DNA of 64,000 nt, from contig CAZBNM010000003.1 of the NCBI GenBank assembly GCA_964493495.1, positions 2,610-66,609 on the forward strand, written 5' to 3'. The notes beneath the pieces are model-generated. The model was not told where the DNA came from, ran no database searches, and saw only the letters and a program-made list of their open reading frames with translations. The DNA is from an uncultured Bacteroides sp. (GTDB lineage Bacteria > Bacteroidota > Bacteroidia > Bacteroidales > Muribaculaceae). Both the position numbers and the translations under genes were made by a program. Positions 10,035 through 17,433 of the stretch are shown here, piece after piece. Positions within the stretch are counted from its first letter, which is position 1. Each line of letters starts with the position of its first letter.

Positions 10035-11519
10035 TTAATTCATGCTTTCTGTAAGGCCCAGAGCTTGCGCCACTTCCTCGCGGTCATCGAAGTGATGTGT
10101 CTCGGCGCCTATGATCTGATAGGTCTCGTGTCCCTTGCCGGCTACGACAACCACATCTCCCGGCGCAGCCATCGCAACGGCTGTCCGTATAGCCTCGCGG
10201 CGGTCGAGGTTCACAAGCACGCGTCGACGCAGCTGTGCGTCGCCGGCCACGCCCTCGAGCATATCGTCCACGATTGCCTGCGGCGACTCGCTCCGCGGAT
10301 TGTCGCTTGTCAGCACCACCAGGCCCGACTTGGAGGCAGCCACGGCCGCCATCTGCGGCCGCTTTCCCTTATCGCGGTCGCCCCCGCAGCCGCAGACCGT
10401 GATTACGCGTCCGCGTCCTCCGAGGGTTTCGTTCACGGTGTCGAGCACGTTCTCCAGCGCGTCCGGCGTGTGCGCATAGTCCACGATGGCCGTAATGCCC
10501 GCGGAGTTGCGGAAGGTCTGGAGACGCCCCGCCACGGGAGTCATCGCGCTGATGGCGCGCAGCACCTCCCCGGGCTCGTAGCCCGACAGTACGCCCGCGC
10601 CGTACACCGCCGCCAGGTTCGAGGCGTTGAAGCGCCCGGCAAACATGGTCTCCACCTCCGTGCCGTTGAAGTTCAGCAACATCCCCTCGAGGCGGTTCTC
10701 CACCACCTGCACCCGGAAGTCGGCATCCGCGCGCAGCGAGTAGGTGGCCGTGGGGCGTGCCTCGGTGTTCTGCACCATCACGGGCCCGTTCGGATCGTCG
10801 AGGTTGGTGAGGGCCCATGCCCGCGGCCCCAGCTTGTCGAAAAAGCTCTTTTTGGCCTCCAGATAGGCCTTGAAGGTCTTGTGGTAGTCGAGATGGTCGC
10901 GGGTAAGGTTCGTGAAGATGCCGCCGCTGAAGTCCAGTCCCGCGATGCGTTGCTGAGCTGCCGCGTGCGAGCTCACCTCCATGGCGCAGAAGGAGCATCC
11001 GGCCTCGACCATCCGCGCCAGAAGCGCCTGCAGCTCCAGAGGGCCGGGTGTGGTGTGTGTCGCCGGCACGCGTTCCTCGCCTATACGGTTCTCTACCGTC
11101 GAAAGCAGCCCGGCCTTCTCGCCCATGGCCACTGCCAGGCGGTAGAGTAGAGTGGCGATCGTGGTCTTGCCGTTTGTGCCTGTCACGCCCACGAGTGTGA
11201 GCGCGCGCGAGGGGTCGTCCCACCAGCGTGAGGCCAACAGCCCCAGTGCGCGGGCGCTGTCGTCGACCACAACCCACTGCACCCCCTCCGCGGAGGCATG
11301 CTCCTCGGGAATCTCTTCGCACACCACAACAGCGGCGCCCTTGCCGATGGCCGGGCCTATGAAGCGGTGGCCGTCCACGGCCGTGCCGCGCACGGCCACG
11401 AACATGCCGCCCGGTTCTACGGCCCGCGAATCGTCCGTGAGCATGCTCACGCTCTCCGGCTGCGGACCCTGCAGGGCGGCGGGATGTATGGCGTCGAGAA
11501 GTGTCGTCAGTTTCTTCAT
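10035..11519 (-). CDS. murE: UDP-MurNAc-dipeptide--meso-DAP ligase
   Basis: GVTGTNGKTT, MEVSSH, FTNLTRDHLDYH, VDYAHTPDAL and DAP-specific DNPR. The real start is MKKLTTLL (ATG 11519); the ORF-track extension overlaps ftsI. Confidence 0.97.
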   Translation of the reverse strand: MKKLTTLLDAIHPAALQGPQPESVSMLTDDSRAVEPGGMFVAVRGTAVDGHRFIGPAIGKGAAVVVCEEIPEEHASAEGVQWVVVDDSARALGLLASRWWDDPSRALTLVGVTGTNGKTTIATLLYRLAVAMGEKAGLLSTVENRIGEERVPATHTTPGPLELQALLARMVEAGCSFCAMEVSSHAAAQQRIAGLDFSGGIFTNLTRDHLDYHKTFKAYLEAKKSFFDKLGPRAWALTNLDDPNGPVMVQNTEARPTATYSLRADADFRVQVVENRLEGMLLNFNGTEVETMFAGRFNASNLAAVYGAGVLSGYEPGEVLRAISAMTPVAGRLQTFRNSAGITAIVDYAHTPDALENVLDTVNETLGGRGRVITVCGCGGDRDKGKRPQMAAVAASKSGLVVLTSDNPRSESPQAIVDDMLEGVAGDAQLRRRVLVNLDRREAIRTAVAMAAPGDVVVVAGKGHETYQIIGAETHHFDDREEVAQALGLTESMN

Positions 11520-11542
11520 TTTCTGTTTCGTTTTTTCGTTGT

Positions 11543-13756
11543 TCACAGGTGGCGGAGGCGCAGGTTCACCTTCGTGCCGGGCGAGGCCTGGGAGCCGGGA
11601 GCCGGTGTTTGCTCCTCGACGTAGCCCATGCCCTGGAACTGCACGGCATAGCCCGCGCCCTCCAGGGTGGCCAGAGCCTCGCGCAGCCCCACGCCGCGTA
11701 CATCCGGCACCGTGTTCGCCCCGGCAGCCTTGCTGTCGGGCGTGATGATGTTGCGCGAGCTCTTCATCTGCAGGTTGTTGTGCAGGCGCGATACGCGTTC
11801 GCCGTTGTAGGAGGCGTAGATGGTGGGCGTCTCCCCGGCCGGTTTCTCTCCGGGAGTGGCCGCGAAGTCGCGGCTGTCGGCGAAAAGTCCGCGCGAATAG
11901 AGCTTGCGCGCAACGTTCTTCACCACCTCGCCCGACGAGGCCGCCGGGCCGCGGTAGGCCCCGCGCGGGTCGCTCACCACCACGATGCACGTGTACTTGG
12001 GATTCTCGTAGGGGAAGAAGCCGCAGAAGGTCACGCGGTAGCGCCCTTCGAGATAGCCCCCCGTGAAGGGGATGCTGCGGATGATCTTGCCCGTACTGTC
12101 GCGCGGAGCTTCCTTGGCCAGACGGCAGGTGCCGGTCTTGCCCGCGATCTCCACAATGGGGTCCTTAAGCTTTTTGGCGGTGCCTCCCTGCTCCCACACC
12201 ACATCGCGCATCATCTTGCGCAGAGTGGCTGCGTCCTCGCTGCTGAGGATGCGGTCGCGTACATAGCTCACGTCTATCAGCGAGTCCGTGCCGTCGGCCA
12301 GGCGGTGGCCCTTCACCAGGCGCGGACGCACGAAGCGCCCGTCGTTGGCGATGGCGTTGTAGAAGGCGCAGGTATAGAGCGGCGGAATCATCGTCGTGTA
12401 GCCGAACACCATGCGCGAGAGGTTCAGGCGCCCTCCCGTGTTGTTCTGAAGCTTGGGAAAGAAGGGCGGACGCTCGCGGGCAATGCCCGTATTGAAGCGG
12501 TCGAAGAAGCCCATCTCCGCAAGATCCGCCTTGAAGCGGTTGGGGTCGCTCTCGTACTGCGGCATCGTCAGCTTGACCATGCCGATGTTCGACGAGTATT
12601 CCAAAAAGCGGCTCACAGGCAGCTGAGCCGGAGAGTGTGTGTCCGAGATGGGCTTGCGCCCGAGATAGCCGTAGCTGCGCCCGATGTTGTACATACGGTC
12701 CAGAGGCTTGGCGAAACCCTTGTTCAGGGCCACGGCCATGGTCATGACCTTCATCACCGAGCCGGGCTCCCAACCCAGTACGGCGCGGTTCATGGCCTCG
12801 ATGCACCGCGGGGTGGCCGAGGTCGAGTCGCGCTCGAGGTTCGAGATGGCCTTGATGTCGCCCGTGGACGTCTCCATCAGTATGGCGGCGCCCCAGTCGG
12901 CATTGGCCTTGATGAGCATCTCGCCGAGCTCGTATTCGAGGATATCCTGCATGGTCACGTCTATGGTCGTTATCACCGTCGTGCCGTCCTTGGCCGGCAC
13001 TTCGTCCCAATAGCCGGCGCCGCGCGTGAACATGCGCTTGGTGCGCACGCCCGGTGTGCCGTAGAGCAGCGAGTCCAGCGCCCGCTCAAGGCCGCTGATG
13101 CCGTGCACCTCGCCGCCCGTATCGCCCACGCGCCCTATGCTCAGCGCCGCCATGTCGCCGTAGGGATAGGAACGGCGGATCACGCTCTCGCATTTCAGCC
13201 CGTGCTGTGTGGCCTTCTTGAATCCGCGGAAGAAGGGGAAGGTGTACTTCACCTTCTTCATCATGTCTTCGGGGATGGCGCGTAGCAGCAGGAAGGAGCG
13301 CGAGCGGTTCTGCACACTGTCCTGCAGCGGTTTCTTAAGCTGTTTCACCCAGCCTTCGCGCGTGCGCTGCGGAAAGTATTTGGCCAGCGAGTCGGCAAGC
13401 AGAGGGATGGAATCGTAGTATTCGACGATCTTGAAGCGCGGGGCCCGGAAGTCGATGCGCAGATCGTAGTAGCTTAGGTTCGTGGCCAGGATAGAGCCGT
13501 CGGAGGCCAGGATTTCACCGCGCATGGGTGCTGAGACTATCGTATCCAGCAGTCGCGAGCGCCCCTTGGCCTCGTAGCTGGAGCCGTGGATCACGGTGTT
13601 GCCCAGTAGATTATAGACTATCCATACGGCGGCCACAAGCACGATGGCCAGCACAAACACGTAGCGCCCCAACACGCGGAAGTGGCTGTAGCCGCTGCTT
13701 CCGGAGGTGTCGGGCTCGCCGCGTCGGGAGGATCGGGATGAAGGTTTAAGGCTCAT
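11543..13756 (-). CDS. ftsI: class B penicillin-binding protein FtsI with C-terminal PASTA domain
   Basis: EPGSVMK (SxxK), SSN (SxN) and KTGT motifs; PASTA-like VPDVRGVGLREA. Confidence 0.93.
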   Translation of the reverse strand: MSLKPSSRSSRRGEPDTSGSSGYSHFRVLGRYVFVLAIVLVAAVWIVYNLLGNTVIHGSSYEAKGRSRLLDTIVSAPMRGEILASDGSILATNLSYYDLRIDFRAPRFKIVEYYDSIPLLADSLAKYFPQRTREGWVKQLKKPLQDSVQNRSRSFLLLRAIPEDMMKKVKYTFPFFRGFKKATQHGLKCESVIRRSYPYGDMAALSIGRVGDTGGEVHGISGLERALDSLLYGTPGVRTKRMFTRGAGYWDEVPAKDGTTVITTIDVTMQDILEYELGEMLIKANADWGAAILMETSTGDIKAISNLERDSTSATPRCIEAMNRAVLGWEPGSVMKVMTMAVALNKGFAKPLDRMYNIGRSYGYLGRKPISDTHSPAQLPVSRFLEYSSNIGMVKLTMPQYESDPNRFKADLAEMGFFDRFNTGIARERPPFFPKLQNNTGGRLNLSRMVFGYTTMIPPLYTCAFYNAIANDGRFVRPRLVKGHRLADGTDSLIDVSYVRDRILSSEDAATLRKMMRDVVWEQGGTAKKLKDPIVEIAGKTGTCRLAKEAPRDSTGKIIRSIPFTGGYLEGRYRVTFCGFFPYENPKYTCIVVVSDPRGAYRGPAASSGEVVKNVARKLYSRGLFADSRDFAATPGEKPAGETPTIYASYNGERVSRLHNNLQMKSSRNIITPDSKAAGANTVPDVRGVGLREALATLEGAGYAVQFQGMGYVEEQTPAPGSQASPGTKVNLRLRHL

Positions 13757-13800
13757 TGCGCTTCTGATGTGTGTTTCGGCGGTTTATGTGTTTTCCGTAT

Positions 13801-14148
13801 TCAGTCGGCATAGTGGATCGCGAGCGGATACTGCTCGGGTATGGACAGGCCCAGCCCCAGGGAGTCGACGGTGTGCTGCATGGCCGATTCGCGCGTCAGC
13901 GTCATGTAGCGCGCACGCTCGCGCTGCTTGTAGGTGCGCATCGCCTCGATCTGCTTGTTCATCTGCTTGATCTGCTCCATCGAGGTCACGCAGTCGAAGC
14001 GCAGGGCTATGATGCCTACGCAGAGGAAGATGATCAGACCCGTGGCGAAGAAATTGCGCTTGAAGAATTCGCTCGAGATGCTGCGGCCGGTGATCATATT
14101 GCGGAAGCCGCGCCGGGCGCTGGATTTGCAGAACTTTATTATTTTCAT
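13801..14148 (-). CDS. ftsL: FtsL-like cell division protein
   Basis: 115 aa with a single TM followed by a coiled coil; lies between rsmH and ftsI. Confidence 0.8.
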   Translation of the reverse strand: MKIIKFCKSSARRGFRNMITGRSISSEFFKRNFFATGLIIFLCVGIIALRFDCVTSMEQIKQMNKQIEAMRTYKQRERARYMTLTRESAMQHTVDSLGLGLSIPEQYPLAIHYAD

Positions 14149-14217
14149 GGGGCGGAGAGCTGTGGACTGCGGGGATGGGGAGATGTGTGATTGGCTTGGA
14201 TATGCGGGTGAGGGCGC

Positions 14218-15129
14218 TCAGAGGCGGATGGCGCAGCGGAGTTTGGCGCTCCTGGCCCGTGGGTTGCGCTCGATTTCTTCCGCGTCGGGCACTATGGCTT
14301 TGGTCGTAAGGAGTTTGAAGGGCGACCGGCTGCGGCCGTAGAAGTCTTTTTCGATTTCGCCGTCTACGCGCCCCGAGCGCATGAAGTTCTTGACGATACG
14401 GTCCTCCAGCGAATGGTAGGTGATGACGGCGAGACGCCCGCCGGGTTTGAGCACGGCCAGCGCCTGCCCGAGGAATTCTTCGAGGGCGCTGAGCTCGTGG
14501 TTCACTTCGATGCGGAGGGCCTGGAAGATCTGGGCGAGCTCTTTCTTTTCCTGGCGGGGGTTGATGAAGGGTTTCACCAGCTCGAGGAGTTTCCCCGTGG
14601 TGTCGATGGCTTGGCCGCTGCGCCGCTGCTGCACTATGGCGCGGGCTATCCGGCGGCTCTGCCGCACTTCGCCGTAGAGGTGCAGGATCCGGGCGATGCG
14701 CTCTTCATCGGCTGTAGCCAGCAGTGTGGCTGCAGAGGAGCCGCCCATGCGGTTCATGCGCATGTCCAGTGGTGCATCGCTGCGGAAACTGAAGCCGCGG
14801 TCGGCCTCGTCGAAGTGGTGCGAGGATACGCCCAGGTCGGCCAGCACGCCGTCCACGCTTTCCACGCGGTAGTAGCGCAGGAAATTGCGCAGATAGCGGA
14901 AATTGCCGTACACGGCGGTGAAGCGCGGGTCCTCGAATGCGCGCTCTATGGCGTCGGCGTCCTGGTCGAAGGAGTAGAGGTGGCCCTCCGGGCCGAGCTG
15001 TTCGACGATGGCTCGGCTATGACCGCCTCCGCCTAAGGTTGCGTCCACGTAGATGCCGCCGGGACGGAGATCCAGGGCTTCGAGGGCTTGGGGGAGCAGG
15101 GCGGGGATGTGATAGGGGGTGGTGGTCAT
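14218..15129 (-). CDS. rsmH: 16S rRNA m4C1402 methyltransferase
   Basis: HIP, DATLGGGGHS, DLGVSS, PLDMRM, FQALRIEVN and NPRARSAKLR motifs. Confidence 0.98.
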   Translation of the reverse strand: MTTTPYHIPALLPQALEALDLRPGGIYVDATLGGGGHSRAIVEQLGPEGHLYSFDQDADAIERAFEDPRFTAVYGNFRYLRNFLRYYRVESVDGVLADLGVSSHHFDEADRGFSFRSDAPLDMRMNRMGGSSAATLLATADEERIARILHLYGEVRQSRRIARAIVQQRRSGQAIDTTGKLLELVKPFINPRQEKKELAQIFQALRIEVNHELSALEEFLGQALAVLKPGGRLAVITYHSLEDRIVKNFMRSGRVDGEIEKDFYGRSRSPFKLLTTKAIVPDAEEIERNPRARSAKLRCAIRL

Positions 15130-15223
15130 GGGGTAGGGCTGGTTTTTCGGGTGTAAATTTAGTGATTGTGGTGAAAATTTACAAATAAAAACAGCGTTTT
15201 TTTGGGGTTGTTATAAAAAAGTT

Positions 15224-15276
15224 ATCTACACCCTGCTCCTGAGGGCTCGTGGGGCCGTTGGGTGGAGGGTGTAGAT
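15224..15276 (-). terminator. inverted repeat, probable terminator of the greA-HIT-thioredoxin transcript
   Basis: ATCTACACCCT...AGGGTGTAGAT 11-bp arms with a long loop, followed on the minus strand by AACTTTTTT. Confidence 0.5.
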
Positions 15277-15306
15277 ATTTACAAATGCAAATCTGCTTGG
15301 ATTTGT

Positions 15307-16386
15307 TTAGAGGTGGGGTTTGATTTGTTGGTCAAGTTGCAGGGGGTTGTCGACGCGTTGGCGCAGGTCGCCGTGGCGGTCGATGATGTAGGTGGTGGGC
15401 AGCGACCCTACGTTGTAGGAGGCCAGGGGGCTCAGACCGTCCGTGGGGGCGTTGTAGACGGTGATCCACGGCAGGTTGCGGGCGCTTTCTTTCCAGGCCA
15501 CTTCATCGGGGTCGAAGGCGAGCTGGTAGATTTCGAGGCCCCGCTCGTGATATTTGTCGTATAGTTCGTTGAGGATCACGGTATAGGCTGGCGAGTATTC
15601 GCCCTGGTAGTTGGTGAAGCTCAGCAGCACTACATTGCCTTTGGCGGCTTCTTCGGCCAGGGAGTGGCGCGTGCCGCGGTCGTCGTAGCGCACGATGTCG
15701 ATGATGCCGGTGCTCCCTAACTGTATGGTGCTGTCGGCAGGTGCGATGCCTTTGCCGAGCGCTTTGCGCCCTTCGAGGTAGACGGCGCGGATCATGGCGC
15801 CGCGGGGGTCGTCCGGACGGTTGGTGGCGAAGTTCTGGGCCACGGCGCCGTAGATGCGGCTGCCGAAGCTTTCGGCCGGGTCGAAGAGTGTGCGCCCGCC
15901 TATGCTCTTGTTTAGCACGTAGTAGGCTATGATGCTGGTGCTGTCGTCGATGGCGGCCTGTCCCAGGCTGCGCCGCAGTTCTGTATCGGCGGCTGCGGCC
16001 GTGCCGCTCCGGACGGTGGCTTCGTTCACCAGCGAGTCGACGGCGCGCATGCCGTCGGCCATCTTGCTGCCGTAGGCCTTGCCGTCGCGGATGGTTATGG
16101 CATCGCGGCCGTCCACGGGGAAGAACACGGGAGCGGCGAGGCCGCCTCCGCTGAGGCGCATGATTTCGGGGTAGGAAGCGGGCTCGGTGCTGCGGTAGGC
16201 GAAATGACCGTCAGCGGAGGGCTTCAGGGAGTCCACGGCATACCACAGGCCGTTGTTGTAGCCCTCAAGGGCCAGTTTGCCGCTGCCGGCGGCCACCGTG
16301 CCCTCGACGCTCCAGCCCTCGGTGTGCGAGCAGCCGGCGGCTGCGGCCCCAAGGGCGGCAAGGAGTAGGAGTTTGCTTGCTTTCAT
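15307..16386 (-). CDS. TlpA/AhpC-TSA thioredoxin-fold lipoprotein (DUF4369-type N-terminus), lacking CxxC
   Basis: Lipobox LGAAAAGC; C-terminal GLEIYQLAFD...W...LPW...YNVGSLPTTYIIDRHG thioredoxin-like motif. Start at 16386 or 16401. Confidence 0.8.
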   Translation of the reverse strand: MKASKLLLLAALGAAAAGCSHTEGWSVEGTVAAGSGKLALEGYNNGLWYAVDSLKPSADGHFAYRSTEPASYPEIMRLSGGGLAAPVFFPVDGRDAITIRDGKAYGSKMADGMRAVDSLVNEATVRSGTAAAADTELRRSLGQAAIDDSTSIIAYYVLNKSIGGRTLFDPAESFGSRIYGAVAQNFATNRPDDPRGAMIRAVYLEGRKALGKGIAPADSTIQLGSTGIIDIVRYDDRGTRHSLAEEAAKGNVVLLSFTNYQGEYSPAYTVILNELYDKYHERGLEIYQLAFDPDEVAWKESARNLPWITVYNAPTDGLSPLASYNVGSLPTTYIIDRHGDLRQRVDNPLQLDQQIKPHL

Positions 16387-16397
16387 GGGTCGGAGTT

Positions 16398-16793
16398 TCA
16401 TTTGAAGTTGGCGGCGATGGACGCGGCGATTTCGGTCATACGTTCGGGTGTGAGCTGCAGTTTGGGCTTGCGGAAGTCCATGTCGCTCTCGCTCTGAATG
16501 GGCACGATGTGGATATGTGCGTGAGGCACTTCCATGCCTAAGATGGCCGTGGCGATGCGGCGGCACGGCACGGCTTTCTGCGCGGCTTCGGCCACGCGCT
16601 TGGCAAAGAGCTGCAGAGCCGTGTATTCCTCGTCGCTCAGGTCGAAGATATAGTCCACCTCCCGCTTGGGCACAACCAGCGTGTGGCCCTCGGTCATGGG
16701 GTTGATGTCCAGAAAGGCGTAGTGGGCCTCGTCTTCGGCCACTTTATACGAGGGTATTTCCCCGGCGATGATGCGCGAAAATATGCTTGCCAT
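16398..16793 (-). CDS. HIT family nucleotide hydrolase
   Basis: SIFSRIIAGEIP, FLDINP, GHTLVVPK and HAHIH histidine triad. Confidence 0.95.
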   Translation of the reverse strand: MASIFSRIIAGEIPSYKVAEDEAHYAFLDINPMTEGHTLVVPKREVDYIFDLSDEEYTALQLFAKRVAEAAQKAVPCRRIATAILGMEVPHAHIHIVPIQSESDMDFRKPKLQLTPERMTEIAASIAANFK

Positions 16794-16796
16794 GGC

Positions 16797-17273
16797 TCAG
16801 CAACCGATTCCGATTTCGAGGATTTCGAACTTCACCTGGCCGGCGGGGATGGTGATTTCCACGATGTCGCCTTTCTTGTGCCCTATCAGGCCGTGGGCGA
16901 TGGGCGTGGACATGGCTATTTTCTTTTCGCGCAGGTTAGCTTCGGAATCGGCCACGATCGTGTATTCCACGACCATGCCGGTGTCCACGTTGCGGATTTT
17001 CACTTTGCTCAGCACCTGCACCTCGTCGGTCGAGAGCTTGCTTTCGTCTATGATGCGTGCGTTGGCCACGAGGTCCTTAAGCTGCGCGATCTTCATTTCC
17101 AGCATGCCCTGCGCTTCCTTGGCGGCATCGTATTCGGAGTTTTCCGAGAGGTCGCCCTTGTCGCGGGCCTCGGCTATGGCGGCGGAGATTTCCGGACGCT
17201 TCACGCTTTCGAGGTAGGCTATTTCTTCCATCTTGCGGTCATAGCCTTCTTTGGTCATATAGGTGATTGCCAT
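16797..17273 (-). CDS. greA: transcription elongation factor GreA
   Basis: ARDKGDLSENSEYDAAKE motif and C-terminal STPIAHGLIG. Confidence 0.97.
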   Translation of the reverse strand: MAITYMTKEGYDRKMEEIAYLESVKRPEISAAIAEARDKGDLSENSEYDAAKEAQGMLEMKIAQLKDLVANARIIDESKLSTDEVQVLSKVKIRNVDTGMVVEYTIVADSEANLREKKIAMSTPIAHGLIGHKKGDIVEITIPAGQVKFEILEIGIGC

Positions 17274-17307
17274 AATTTTTTCTGTCTTATTGTGTTTCTG
17301 TGATATT

Positions 17308-17363
17308 AAAAAATAAAGAAACCCGGTCCGCGCTCAGCGGGACGAGTCCCCAACAGGATTCTC
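17308..17363 (-). promoter_or_regulatory. structured greA 5' leader ending in a U-tract (candidate attenuator)
   Basis: mRNA reads GAGAAUCCUG...GGGACUCGUCCC...CGGGUUUCUU-UAUUUUUU and lies between the promoter and the greA start. Confidence 0.55.
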
Positions 17364-17376
17364 AAATCTTCGTCTG

Positions 17377-17384
17377 CAAAGATA
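17377..17384 (-). promoter_or_regulatory. Bacteroidetes sigma-A -7 element for greA
   Basis: CAAAGATA on the + strand = TATCTTTG (TAnnTTTG) on the minus strand. Confidence 0.65.
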
Positions 17385-17433
17385 CTCATAAAATCCCCGC
17401 ACGTCCACTCCGCGGAGGTTAAACTGTGTTAAT

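Noticed and set aside
11520-11990. N-terminal extension of MurE in the ORF track
   Set aside because: Overlaps the ftsI 3' end; MurE homology starts at MKKLTTLL (11519).
859-15036. Many long + strand ORFs antisense to dcw genes (e.g. 859-2004, 11501-13285)
   Set aside because: Shadow ORFs expected from high GC3 codon bias; no recognisable motifs, and fully overlapped by bona fide genes.
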